Positions 8,873 through 20,062 of a stretch of DNA of 35,446 nt are shown piece by piece. This DNA comes from Thraustochytrium aureum (Eukaryota), in contig BLSG01000422.1 of the NCBI GenBank assembly GCA_012862495.1, positions 83,884 through 119,329 on the forward strand, written 5' to 3'. The first letter of the stretch is position 1, and every line of letters begins with the position of its first letter. The position numbers were made by a program, and so were the translations under genes. A model generated the notes under the pieces. It worked only from the letters and a program-made list of their open reading frames with translations. It searched no databases and was not told the origin of the DNA.

Positions 8873-10885
8873 ATGATTTGCATCATTTTGGTCGCCGGCC
8901 TCGGCAACTCGCTCGAGGCCGAGCTGAGCGGCGACGAGGCGCTCAGGGGCGTGCCGAGAGCGCTGCTGCCTGTGGCGGGCAAGCCGATGCTCGACTACTG
9001 GTGGCAGAGCGTGATGACGACGAGGGAGATTTTGAGCGTCTACCTGGTCTGCAACGCGGCCAACTTTAAGCACTTTGAGCGGTGGGCGACCGCGAACGGC
9101 CTGCCGACAAGCAACGTCGTCAACAATGGGTGCACATCGCCGCGCAACGCGCTCGGCGCTGCGCAAGACCTGCAGCTCGGCCTCAGGCGCGCACGAGCGG
9201 ACGGGATTCAGACCAGAGAGGCCTGCATCATCGCCGGCGACTCGCTCTTCTTCAAGGAGTTTGACTTGCCGCAGGTGCTCAGCTGCTTCCGCCGCCTCCA
9301 AAAGCGCGAGTCGCGCGATCTTCGCCGGTCTTCGGTGGGCAGCGGGGGCGGCGAGAGCGAACTTGCCGCAGCGGAGCCGCCGCACCCGCAGAGCTCCGTG
9401 TCGGTCTTGCTGTACTACAAGCTGGGCCCCTCAGAGGCGGCCTCCAAGCGCGGGATTGTCAGCATCGACGCGAATACCAAGATAGTGCGCGAGTTTCAGG
9501 AGAAGCCCGCCGCGGACCAGGCCTGCTCCAACCTGGCCTGCCCGCTCTTCTACGTGCTCGGCGCGCAGGCGATCGACCTCCTCGACGAGTTTCTGGCCGC
9601 CCGGGCCGCTGGCCCGGGCGCGCCGCTCGCGAGCTGCGGGAAATACCTCGAGTACGCCGTGCCCGCCACAAACTTTTACGGCGTGCGGCTTCCGGGCCGC
9701 TTCAGCCTGATTGGCGTCAGCGCCGGCATCGAAGAGTACCTCGCGCTCAACGCCAGCTTTGCTGGAGTCCACCAGCCGCCTCATCAGGAAGCCAGCAGAA
9801 AGCCGGCAGTGGCGCCGCTGCCGGAGCCGCAGACCGCGAGCTCGGTCGACGGGACCTCGCTGCCCCAGGCGACGCATGCCATCGCGTATGCGCGGGTCGG
9901 GCTGCTCGGCAACCCGAGCGACGGCTTTTTTGGAAAGACAGTTTCTGCTACGATAGAAAACTTCAAAGCCCAAGTGTGGGTGCGCGAGTCGGAGAAGCTC
10001 TGCATCAAGCCGCACCCCATGTTCGACCCGACCGAGTTCGGCTCTCTGGCCGACCTGCACTCGAACTGCCTGCGTGACGGGTACTTTGGTGGTCTGCGCC
10101 TCTTGCTGGGGACCTGCAAAAAGTTTTACGAGTTTGCCCTGGAGCACAACATCGCCCTTCCGCGTCGCAACTTTACGGTCACCTACGACACCAACATCCC
10201 GCGCCAGGTGGGTCTCTCCGGTTCCTCTGCCATCGTGACCGCGCTGTTCCGGGCGCTCATGGAGTTTTACGGCCTCACGGAGGACGACATTCCCAAGCCG
10301 CTCCAGCCCAGCTTTGTGCTCAGCGTTGAAATGGAGGAGATGGGGATCCAGGCTGGGTTGCAGGACCGGGTTGTGCAATGCTACGAGGGCGTCGTGTACA
10401 TGGACTTTGACAAGGCCAAGATGCTTCGCGACGGACACGGCGAGTACCTCAAGCTTTCCACTGCGCTTCTGCCTGAGGGCCTCTTCATCGCCTACCGCGC
10501 CGAGCCCTCCGATAGCGGCAAGATCCACTCTGATGTCAAGCAGCGATGGCTCGCAGGCGACAAGGAGGTCATCGAGAGCATGGCCGCGTTTGCGGGGTTC
10601 GCGGAGGAGGGCTACAGGGCGCTGGCGGCTGGGGACAGGACCGCCTTTGGTCTGCTCATGGACCAAAACTTTGCCCTCCGCCGCAAGCTCTACTCGGACG
10701 CCGTAGTCGGCCAACCGAACATCGAGATGGTTGAAATCGCGCAGAGGCACGGAGCGCACGCCAAGTTTCCGGGAAGCGGCGGAGCGATTCTCGGATTGGC
10801 AAAGTCCGCGGCCGACTTTCCTTTGCTCCGTGAGTCCTTCGAAGCGGCGGGATGCGTTTTCTGCGTCCTAGAGCCCATCGGCTAG
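8873..10885 (+). CDS. Bifunctional nucleotidyltransferase-like / glucuronokinase (GHMP kinase), GKUP-type, 670 aa
   Basis: The N-terminus MICIILVAGLG...VPRALLPVAGKPMLDYW, IIAGD and FQEKP fits the NTP-transferase fold. The C-terminal AYARVGLLGNPSDGFFGKT, PRQVGLSGSSAIV, AGLQDRVVQ and KFPGSGGA motifs match plant-type glucuronokinase. The ORF is intact. Confidence 0.9.
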   Translation: MICIILVAGLGNSLEAELSGDEALRGVPRALLPVAGKPMLDYWWQSVMTTREILSVYLVCNAANFKHFERWATANGLPTSNVVNNGCTSPRNALGAAQDLQLGLRRARADGIQTREACIIAGDSLFFKEFDLPQVLSCFRRLQKRESRDLRRSSVGSGGGESELAAAEPPHPQSSVSVLLYYKLGPSEAASKRGIVSIDANTKIVREFQEKPAADQACSNLACPLFYVLGAQAIDLLDEFLAARAAGPGAPLASCGKYLEYAVPATNFYGVRLPGRFSLIGVSAGIEEYLALNASFAGVHQPPHQEASRKPAVAPLPEPQTASSVDGTSLPQATHAIAYARVGLLGNPSDGFFGKTVSATIENFKAQVWVRESEKLCIKPHPMFDPTEFGSLADLHSNCLRDGYFGGLRLLLGTCKKFYEFALEHNIALPRRNFTVTYDTNIPRQVGLSGSSAIVTALFRALMEFYGLTEDDIPKPLQPSFVLSVEMEEMGIQAGLQDRVVQCYEGVVYMDFDKAKMLRDGHGEYLKLSTALLPEGLFIAYRAEPSDSGKIHSDVKQRWLAGDKEVIESMAAFAGFAEEGYRALAAGDRTAFGLLMDQNFALRRKLYSDAVVGQPNIEMVEIAQRHGAHAKFPGSGGAILGLAKSAADFPLLRESFEAAGCVFCVLEPIG

Positions 10886-11582
10886 CCCCCCGCGCGCGCG
10901 TCCGCGCCAGAGGATGTTTTTCGGCAACCAAGGCTCCCAGATTTCGACGAGCACAGCACAGCGCTGCTCGGCGACCTGCGCTCACTGTGTGCGAGCACCC
11001 GAGCTCGCGGCCTGGCCAATCACAGGTCCTCCAAATTCAGGCACCCGATCACACTCGCNNNNNNNNNNNNNNNNNNNNNNNNNNNNNNNNNNNNNNNNNN
11101 NNNNNNNNNNNNNNNNNNNNNNNNNNNNNNNNNNNNNNNNNNNNNNNNNNNNNNNNNNNNNNNNNNNNNNNNNNNNNNNNNNNNNNNNNNNNNNNNNNNN
11201 NNNNNNNNNNNNNNNNNNNNNNNNNNNNNNNNNNNNNNNNNNNNNNNNNNNNNNNNNNNNNNNNNNNNNNNNNNNNNNNNNNNNNNNNNNNNNNNNNNNN
11301 NNNNNNNNNNNNNNNNNNNNNNNNNNNNNNNNNNNNNNNNNNNNNNNNNNNNNNNNNNNNNNNNNNNNNNNNNNNNNNNNNNNNNNNNNNNNNNNNNNNN
11401 NNNNNNNNNNNNNNNNNNNNNNNNNNNNNNNNNNNNNNNNNNNNNNNNNNNNNNNNNNNNNNNNNNNNNNNNNNNNNNNNNNNNNNNNNNNNNNNNNNNN
11501 NNNNNNNNNNNNNNNNNNNNNNNNNNNNNNNNNNNNNNNNNNNNNNNNNNNNNNNNNNNNNNNNNNNNNNNNNNNCTGGCTG

Positions 11583-14500
11583 ATGGCATCTATTTGCCGC
11601 TGTCAAAAGGGGGGATCAAGAAGAGCAGTCGGAGGCTGCGAAAACCTTCGGTCGGACTCGCTCGGAAGCCGCGCGGAGCGACGCCTTTGCAGGAGGACGC
11701 CAGGCTCGAGCTGGCTGGGCCCTGCGCGCACAGCAGTGACAAGTTGCTTCGACTTTGTTCTGCGAGTGAGCTGCCAAAGCCGGGGATAGACGGCCGCGCT
11801 GAGGTGGGCGATCCGTGGGACGGCCTGGTCGAGCCGTGGGACGAGGCCAGCATCAACGCGCAGGTGATGCTTCGCGAAGATTATATTGCTCGGCTCAGGC
11901 GCGCATGTCTTCCGCTTGTAGACGCGGGCCCAAGCGGCGCGGCGGCCGGCAGCGCCGGGGCCGACCTGCAGCAAGGGTTTCGCTCTGACGCTTACATGGT
12001 CGAAATTGTGCAGGTCATCGACCTGGTTCGCGAGGCCACCCTCGAGGTGGTGGAGAATATTTGCGCCTATCGGCGCGCAAACCGCTCTGAAACGTTTTTG
12101 TGGATGGGGCGCAACTATTTGCTCAAGATCCCGTGCGACCTGGACTTTTTAGCCCACGTCCCCCCAATCTGCGCGGCGTTCGCCGTGGTGCAGAGCTTTG
12201 AGAGAAATCCTTTTGTGCTCGCTCGCTCGCTGCCTTTGCCACACGCGCCGCGCCATGCAGACGTCGTCCTTGCGGGCCTGCTCCGCGATGACAGCAAGTA
12301 CATGTGGGCAGCCCAGAATGAGGACCGTGTCCTGCGCGCGATCGAAGCCATAATCTGCGAGGAAGAGGTGCACGGCGTGGTGCCAATAGCGGCCCCGATC
12401 GCCGCATGGAAGGAGCTCAGCGAACTTGCTGAAAGGGAGCTCGAACGATCGGCCAGCCTGCAGCGCGCCGAAGCCCGCATGGTCCCGCGGCTTGCGCGAG
12501 TGATTGCTAGCGAGCACAACGTTCACTGCTTCCGGCGGCACGATCGCGACGGCGACGGGATGCTCCTCTACAGCGAGTTTTTCAAGGCCCTTGCATCCCT
12601 CAAGTGTGTCAAGCTTGAGTCGCAAGAGGACNNNNNNNNNNNNNNNNNNNNNNNNNNNNNNNNNNNNNNNNNNNNNNNNNNNNNNNNNNNNNNNNNNNNN
12701 TCGCATGCCAGCCGTCGGTCTGGTGCGAGACGCCAATCCAGGTCGGTGGACGACGTCGGGGCAGCTGTGCGCGGGCCTGCGGTCGCGCTGGCTGATCGCA
12801 GCGCCCCAAGGCCTGCGACGGTCAAGCAAGAGTCGCTGCAGCAGATGCTCGAAGCAGTTCGCGCAAAGCGCGAGGACATCGAAGCCAGCTTTGAGTCCAA
12901 GATCGAGGCCACGCGGCGCCGCCGCGACAAGCTCCTTGCAGAGCTCGACCAAGTCCGAGCGGAGCTCGGCGCGATGGGCGGCAACGGGGCCGACGTAGCC
13001 GCAAGCGCCACGTCGATCGAAGGCCACGTTGACCGGCGTCTTCTTGCGCTGGACTATGCCGCAAATCTAGCCGCGGTGAGCCACCCGCTGCGACACCGTC
13101 TCGAGCCGGACTTTGGAAGCGCACCGCGCCCGCACATCGAGTACCCCAAGGCCAACGTCATGCGCCTCGAGCGACTTCTTGGCGATCTAACAACTTGGCG
13201 CTCAGACCTCGAGCATGCCGTAGTCGCCGTACATGGCGAGGAAGCTGCGCTGGAAGCAGAAAAGGCGCGGGCGCTTCTTGCACAGGAATGGACAGCTGAG
13301 ATCATTCGAAACCGAATCGAAGAGCGCGCCATGCTCAAGCAGGAACGCGTGGAGCGGGAGCGGGCACGGCGAGAGGCAGAGCAACGCGCGAAAGTGGAGG
13401 CCGACATTCGACGAGCAGAGGCGGCGCGATTCAAGGAGGAGCAACGCCGCCTCCGAAAAATGCAAGCACGGGTTTTGGCCGCGCAGCAGAGGAAGGCTGC
13501 GACAGAGATCCAGACGCTTGCGCGTCAAGGCCTAGCAAGGAGCAGGGCCGCAAGGCGGGCCGTTCGCGTTGCTCATGTGCTCCGCCGGCTTGGCGACTCC
13601 GTCGTCTTCAGTCAAAGCGAGCAGCGCTTGGAGCAGCGACCTGGCCCTGTTCTCGTCGTCGTCGAGGACGCAGACCAGGCGGGCCGGGCCACGTGGTTGT
13701 GCAAGAGCTTCAAGCTATTCTCGGAGGGGGTTCTGGACCGTCGTTGAGCACGCAGGGAGTGGAGAACAGGTTGGCGCCACAGAGAACGAGTCAGCTGACA
13801 GCTCCGCAGCTGTGGATGTCCACGACAGTGAGGAGGACGAGGAGGGCGCTGATTCGGCCGCTCTGACTGCATCTTGGGGTCTGTCAAGGCGGCGCCTCCA
13901 GCGCGCCCTCCACGGGGCGCGCGGCGTCATCCTGGCGATCGCAAGGGCCGCTCGTCTGGCCACCGTCGATTTGGTCGCGGCAGTTCGCGCATGCGCTCTG
14001 CTGCTCGAGCCTGTGCCTCTGGTCGCTCTGGTGAGGTCGCCAGGCGAAATCCCGCGCTCCCTGTCGAGCCAGGCGCAGGCGCTGCGGAGCATGAACGAAG
14101 TGCTCCTCGACCCGCCGGAAATCCTCGTCGCCGAGCTCCAAGAGACAGCGAAAGACTCGTCCATGCAAGCGGCGCTTGGTTGCCTGGCAGATGCGCTGGG
14201 GGTATTTCTGGAGCGCCAGACAGGCGAAGGGCTGAGCACGCTCTTGTCAGCGGGCCTGTTTCGCGACCCGCGTGGGCTGTTTGGCAAACTGGTTTGCCTC
14301 AGCCCTCAGCGAATGAGTGCCAAGGCCGCCGAGCGAAGCCGACTTGGGAATCGGCTCGCTCAAGTCCTTGCAAGCCCGGAGTGGCCGAGGCCGGACCGTA
14401 GAGTCCGACCAGGGCTCGCGCTGCTCGTGGACTGGGTAATCTGCGCTTCCTTTCAGCTCCTACGAGCTGCCAAACAAGCGCCAGCTTTGGACGACCGGCC

Positions 14501-15454
14501 CAACGGCGCGCCCAGTGGAATCGACTTGGTCTTGCCTGCGAAAGGCGCGACTGGGTCGCGCCGCGCGGTGGACGCGGTTTTGCAGGTCTGCCTGGGCGAG
14601 CTCCGGGCGTTCCAGTCCGTTCCGCCGGCCTCTACAGAACTCGCTCGGATGGACGTCGATGACACGAGTTCCTCTTCCGCCCTAGTCACAGTATTCCGCC
14701 TTGACCNNNNNNNNNNNNNNNNNNNNNNNNNNNNNNNNNNNNNNNNNNNNNNNNNNNNNNNNNNNNNNNNNNNNNNNNNNNNNNNNNNNNNNNNNNNNNN
14801 NNNNNNNNNNNNNNNNNNNNNNNNNNNNNNNNNNNNNNNNNNNNNNNNNNNNNNNNNNNNNNNNNNNNNNNNNNNNNNNNNNNNNNNNNNNNNNNNNNNN
14901 NNNNTGGGCCGACTTCCGTGGCGTACCGCGTCCTGTCAGCGAGGCAGCTCGCCGTGTGCCTTGCGGCCGTCTCCGCAGAGCGCATTGTGGCAACGCCGGG
15001 CCAGGCGGGGGACGAGGCAGCGTGCACGACCTCTTGTCCCGGGTTCAGGATCATCCGGAGCGGCGCTGAACAGGTTGGCGGAGGACAACTATCGAGGAGC
15101 CGCCCTGGCGCTCCGCGACGAGTCGCCGCTGCAACTTGTTGACGCCGCCGCGTTCTTCAAGTGCGGAGTTCTCGCCTCGTGTGGCGAGGAGGGCCCGCCG
15201 CCGCGGTATTTCTCTGGATGTACCGCTCTGGCCGAGGCCCTCGGGTTCAGGTCCGCGGGCAGATGGCCGAGTTCCCATTCCAGGAGATGCGCGGTTCTCT
15301 CCTCTTGGACCGCGTCCGAGCTGTTGTCGCCAGTGGTGGGGAGGCGGACGAGTTGGAGCGCGCATTTCGCGGCGAGCTGGACGACGCCCTGGGCGCGGTT
15401 GCCGTTGACCTTGGCGCCGGCCAGCTGACCTTTCAGCGCCATCCGTCCCGGTGA
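11583..15454 (+). CDS. Large EF-hand / coiled-coil / IQ-motif protein, gapped and frameshifted
   Basis: N-terminal block VREATLEVVENI..FLWMGRNYLLKIPCDLDFL..RNPF, EF-hand loop DRDGDGMLLYSE (12542-12577), E/R-rich coiled coil and IQ-like AATEIQTLARQGLAR (~13500). There is a frame change at the G5 run 13726-13730. The start and the 3' region after 14905 are uncertain. Confidence 0.65.
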
Positions 15455-15834
15455 GCACACCAGGCGCAGAGAAGAGCGAATCAATCAGCGGGGGAAAAGC
15501 GCGCCGCGATCCCCTTCTGGCTGCAGCTCTGGCGCGCCGGCTGCAGGGGCTCGACAACGCCGCATCGTGCCTCGAGCACCGCCGGCAAGCACAGCACGAG
15601 TTCCGCTCGAGCTCCTCCACGAACAATCCTCCTTCGGCGCGACCGATCCGAATCAGTTAGGGCATCGGTTAGGTCCGCGCCGCAGCTGCGCAACGCCAGA
15701 CATCGTGCCCGTTACTATCCGCACATCGTCCACAGCAACACCTCCCTTCAGCGGACCCCGCGTCACCGCGCCCAACAGAACCACTCAAAGAAACACCGCG
15801 AAACACTCAGCAGCCACACAAACAGAGGCACGAG

Positions 15835-15975
15835 AAACCAAACCAAACCAAACCCCAAATACCCCAAAACACCCAAAACACCCAAAACACGCAAAACACG
15901 CGAAAACACGCGAAAACCAAAGGCCAAAAAACCAAAGGCCAAAACCAAAGGCATAACCAAAGGCACCACCAAGCA
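15835..15975. repeat. CCAAA/CAAAA-rich low-complexity tandem repeat
   Basis: Visible ACCAA, CCCAAAACA, CGCGAAAACA and CCAAAGG units in the intergenic region upstream of COX6A. Confidence 0.8.
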
Positions 15976-16132
15976 AGCAAGCCTGCCTTCCTCAGGAAGT
16001 AAATGCGTAAAAAGCCCAGCAGCATCAATACGTAGAGAAGGTAGCGGCCCAATTGCGTATATTTATCGATTTTCTCATTGATTTTTGATTTTCTCGCGTG
16101 AAGGTGGGCGAATGAGCGAGCCTGCATCAGGA

Positions 16133-16260
16133 GAGGAGAAGAGAGAGAGAGAGAGAGAGGCAGGAGGAGAGGGAGAGCGAGCAAACTCCAATCGACGAGA
16201 CAGACGCGCGACGGCAGGACAGCAGCAGCAGCAGCAGCAGCAGCAGCGGCGGGAGCAGCA
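16133..16260. repeat. (GA)n and (CAG)n microsatellites, probably in the COX6A 5' leader
   Basis: GA run at ~16141-16158 and CAG run at ~16220-16246, followed by a donor-like GAG|GTGAGT at 16265. Confidence 0.75.
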
Positions 16261-16615
16261 GGAGGTGAGTGNNNNNNNNNNNNNNNNNNNNNNNNNNNNN
16301 NNNNNNNNNNNNNNNNNNNNNNNNNNNNNNNNNNNNNNNNNNNNNNNNNNNNNNNNNNNNNNNNNNNNNNNNNNNNNNNNNNNNNNNNNNNNNNNNNNNN
16401 NNNNNNNNNNNNNNNNNNNNNNNNNNNNNNNNNNNNNNNNNNNNNNNNNNNNNNNNNNNNNNNNNNNNNNNNNNNNNNNNNNNNNNNNNNNNNNNNNNNN
16501 NNNNNNNNNNNNNNNNNNNNNNNNNNNNNNNNNNNNNNNNNNNNNNNNNNNNNNNNNNNNNNNNNNNNNNNNNNNNNNNNNNNNNNNNNNNNNNNNNNNN
16601 NNNNNNNNNNNNNNN

Positions 16616-16942
16616 CTGCTTGCGACGGCTCGCGCTGTCCGCGTGCGCGCCCCCGTGGCGGCGCGCCAGGTGCGCAAGCTGTCTGGCGACAGCCACCAGG
16701 CCCACCATGAGGCTACCATGAAGCAGTGGGAGAAGATCACCATGATGGCCATCCCCGGCCTCGGCCTGCTGGCCGCATACAACGTGGTCGCCCACATGCG
16801 CCACGGCCACCACGAGCACGAGGAGCACGAGGAGCCCAAGTTCACCTACCAGCACATTCGCAAGAAGGCCTACCCCTGGTCCTGCAGCGACTGCGCTCTC
16901 TTCGACAGCGCCTGCTGGGACGAGTGCAAGAAGAACAAGTAG
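16616..16942 (+). CDS. COX6A: Cytochrome c oxidase subunit 6A (start codon in gap)
   Basis: Arg/Ala-rich presequence, WEKIT followed by one TM helix, a His-rich loop and YQHIRKKAYPW..DCALFD, matching the COX6A/Cox13 IRxKxFPWG..LF signature. Codon bias towards C/G is strong. Confidence 0.9.
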   Translation: MLATARAVRVRAPVAARQVRKLSGDSHQAHHEATMKQWEKITMMAIPGLGLLAAYNVVAHMRHGHHEHEEHEEPKFTYQHIRKKAYPWSCSDCALFDSACWDECKKNK

Positions 16943-17066
16943 ACGCGCTTTGCGCCGCGTCACCGTCGCGGCAACTAACTGCCAGTGCACTCAAAATCCT
17001 TCTTCTCCCTTCGTACAGTCCTATTTACCGCTCCCATTCCATTCAATCGCCACGCCCCCCGCGGCG

Positions 17067-17130
17067 GCTGCATGCGGTCCACCTCGAGCTGCATGCGGTC
17101 CACCCCGAGCTGCATGCGGTCCACCCCGAG
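17067..17130. repeat. 21-bp tandem repeat, three copies (GCTGCATGCGGTCCACCYCGA)
   Basis: Three near-perfect copies between the convergent COX6A and SKA1 stop codons. Confidence 0.9.
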
Positions 17131-17157
17131 GTTCAGCCCTACACTACCGGCACTCCT

Positions 17158-17973
17158 CTACCCAACCAAATAGCGACCCACGCCGCCAGAGTTTACGAGG
17201 CGCAGCGCGCCGAGGAAGCGCAGCACTTGCAGGGAGGACTTGAGGCTGTTCATGTCCACGTCCTTTTGCTCCACGATGTCCTCAATCGTGACGAACAGGT
17301 GGCCGCGCGTCTCCTCGTCGTCCTGCGCGAGCCACTCGAGCACCTTGTCACGAACCCCGACACCCTGCTTGCTGCGCGGGATCGCCAGCGTCTCTTGCTT
17401 GTGCGCCAGCGCCCTGTTTATCGACTGGCACGCGGCCTGCAGCTTGTCGATCGCTAGCCTGCCGCGCATGTACTTTGGCACGCGCTTGAGCTGCGCTTCG
17501 CTCGGCGGCTCCAGCTGCACCGCGCCATTCTCGTCTCGTACGGTGGCGCATACCGGGTCGCCCTCCTCGCTCTCCTCTGCCTCGCTGGGATCTGGGGACG
17601 AGCCCACGTCGGCAGCCATGTCAAGGGATTTCCTGTCGCCCTCAATCGCGGCGACTCGGACGGCCCCATGCGCCTTGGCCAGCGCTCTCGCTCGCCGCTG
17701 GTTCGCTCGTAGAGCGTCCGCGAGCGCCCGCGCGTCCTCAGCGAGTTCGAGCTCTGCGTCCACGCGGGCTTCAAGCCTTTCAAGCTCTTGCTCGGCTCGC
17801 AAGCTCCTCTCCACGATGTTGGCCAACGCCGCGGCGCTCGCGGGGTCGTGGCCCGTCCCGCACATCAAGCACAGTCCCTGGAGCTCGGAGACCTGGCGTG
17901 CGAGCGACTCTGTCAGTTCGCTGAACGCCTCGCTCGCGACCCTTGCCTCGTGAAGAAGCCCGAGGCCCGCCAT
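17158..17973 (-). CDS. SKA1: Spindle and kinetochore-associated protein 1
   Basis: N-terminal coiled coil, then the C-terminal microtubule-binding domain motifs VPKYMRGRL, LFVTIEDI and LQVLRFLGALRLVNSGGVGRY. Confidence 0.88.
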   Translation of the reverse strand: MAGLGLLHEARVASEAFSELTESLARQVSELQGLCLMCGTGHDPASAAALANIVERSLRAEQELERLEARVDAELELAEDARALADALRANQRRARALAKAHGAVRVAAIEGDRKSLDMAADVGSSPDPSEAEESEEGDPVCATVRDENGAVQLEPPSEAQLKRVPKYMRGRLAIDKLQAACQSINRALAHKQETLAIPRSKQGVGVRDKVLEWLAQDDEETRGHLFVTIEDIVEQKDVDMNSLKSSLQVLRFLGALRLVNSGGVGRYLVG

Positions 17974-18403
17974 CGCGCCAGCCAACGCGCCGATCAGCGA
18001 GCCGCGTTGTTTCTAAAGGATGCGAAAGCGGAATGTGCTTCGCCCCGAGCGTGCCCGCTGCGCCCAGCAGGTCTGGAGAGGTCTGGAGGCCCCCGCCCGC
18101 CCAGTCGAGGCCGGCGCTGTCGCTGGTTGGCCAACTTTCAAGATTGCTGTTCAACAACTGGCCAACTATTTGTTGCGAAAACCGCCAGTGCGCGAGAACG
18201 CCGGCAAGACGGCGTCGGGCTGTGCGCGGCCAAGGCGGCGGCTCCTCGAGCGCGCGGCTTACTTTCAGGCTGTGTCAAATACGGGTTTCGTTATCTTCTG
18301 CCGGCTAGGTGTTTGACCGCAGAAACTGGCGAGGGCCGGTTTGGGCCAGGGTCGTGTTGTAGACGGTGCCGCGCGGGCGCCCAGTGGCAAGGCCGCGCCC
18401 GGG

Positions 18404-19755
18404 TCAAAAGCTCTTGAAAAGCTTAAACATTCCCATAAACTCGCGGAACTGCGCGAGGAACGTCTCGGAAGGCTCCGTCTGGCCACCATCCAAGTGGCGC
18501 GGCATCGGCACCAAGGCACGGTCCTCCTCGCGCAGCTTGCCGATGTAAAGCTGCTTGAGAAACAAAAACGACTCCCTCGAGGCGTGGTAAACCTCGAACA
18601 AGACCGTCGCGTCCACGTTGAGGGCCTGCTCGGGGATGATCGTGTTGCCCCCCGGGTGGTGCTCGAGCCACTGCGTCACGTTGCAAACGCAGCCGTCGAT
18701 CACGAGCAAGAGCTCGCCGTTGGCGTTGCGCTCTTTCACCTCCGACCAGGGGATTGCTGGACGGATAGAGGAGCGGTACTCGCCCATACGCTGCTGACAG
18801 AGGCGTTGCAAGCCCAAAACGCGGAGCTCGTTCGCCGCGCCGAGGAGCTGGTCGGACTCGTGCAGCTCGAACGGAAAGTCCTCACCGCGGGCCTCCGCCT
18901 CCAGGTAGCGCAACACCTTGTCAAAGGTGCAACAATCGAGGTTCACATCGATGCGCTCACGCTCTGTTGAATCAGAAAGGACGAACTTTGGCCAGGGTCA
19001 GGCAAGGCTGCAGCAGGCGTTTCTTGACTGGGAACCACTCCTCATCGTTGCAGAATACATCCACCATGTTGGCCTTGGGGCCGGCTCCGCCGCTCGAGCT
19101 CCGTGCCCGTCAGCGCAAACTCCCCGGGGAACGAGTGGTCCTGCTCAAAATAGATCCGTGTTGTGGTCTCCAGCACGCCGCGGAAAACGTCGTCCATGAA
19201 CAATGCGCCCCCTCCTGCCGCAGCGCCTTTCTCTGGGCTTTGGTCCTTGTCGCATCGCGTTCCTTCTTCCTCCTCTTCGATATCCACCTCCCTGACCCGG
19301 AGAGCGTACTGGCGCCCCTCGATCTTCAGCAAGAACCGTTCGTGTCGTGTAACCACAAAGCCCCACAACGTCTTGGCGATCGCGCGGCGGGCGGCGGCGC
19401 GGTCGAGCACAGGTTGGGTGTGCCCCCGGTCGGCCACGTGCAGAAAACGCGGTCTGATTTCCAGCGATATCGAAGTCAGAGTGCGATCCTCGTCTGTGTA
19501 CAGCGACCACGGAAACGACTCGGGGCCGACGGTGACCTCGCAATTCAGGCGCTGAGCCTCGTTGAGCACGATTGAGCCGACGGGCACTTCTGGCAACAAC
19601 TTGGCCTTTACCACAAATTGCGCATGCGTCCGCACGAACACGAGCACGAATCCTCGCGTCTTGGCCGCGTCCAAGTCCGCCGGACTCAGCGCGGCCTCAA
19701 GACTTGCCACGTTCACGAAGGCCGTCTGGTGCGGGTCTTCCTCCTCCTCCTCCTC

Positions 19756-19786
<31 letters not shown>

Positions 19787-20062
19787 AGTTCATTGCCACC
19801 CTCAGCCGCGGCGTTCGCCCTGCTTTCGCCGTCTGTAGCACACTTGGCTTTCGCCACTCGCAGCGTCCTTGGCTTCGCGAGCGGCGTCTACAGGACCGCC
19901 GACCTCGGTCCCAACCAACGCAGCAAACGCATCCTTGTCGATCCCGTACTCGCGCGGCGCCCGTGGCGAGCCGGCGGCGAGGTCAAACGCTTCCGCGGCG
20001 ACCACTTTGAGCCCGACCTGCACCAGCTTCGAGTGCCTGTTGTTGGTGGCCACCCAGGGCAT
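18404..20062 (-). CDS. Multidomain protein: NSF/CDC48-N-like region + BTB/SKP1-like region + cytochrome b5 heme-binding domain (three 1-nt frameshifts)
   Basis: C-terminal LLLVIDGCVCNVTQWLEHHPGG..DATVLFEVYH..LYIGKL is cytochrome b5. The middle has NDEEWFPVKKRLLQPC..DVNLDCCTFDKVLRYLE..LLGAANELRVLGLQRLC, and the upstream part has GSIVLNEAQRLNCEVTVG. Removing one base each at ~19850, ~19101 and ~18988 gives a single ORF from ATG 20062. Confidence 0.75.

Noticed and set aside
8360..8873. Operon-like link or fusion between the Nudix-TRP gene and the nucleotide-sugar enzyme
   Set aside because: Adjacency is the only evidence. The GKUP-type gene has its own conserved N-terminal Met, and neighbouring genes in this window are functionally unrelated.
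9431..10759. Long antisense ORFs (also 25102-25893, 26776-27510 and others)
   Set aside because: They are shadows of GC3-biased real genes and have no recognisable motifs.
17067..17130. 21-bp repeats as a CRISPR-like array
   Set aside because: The copies are directly tandem with no spacers, the context is eukaryotic and there are no cas genes.
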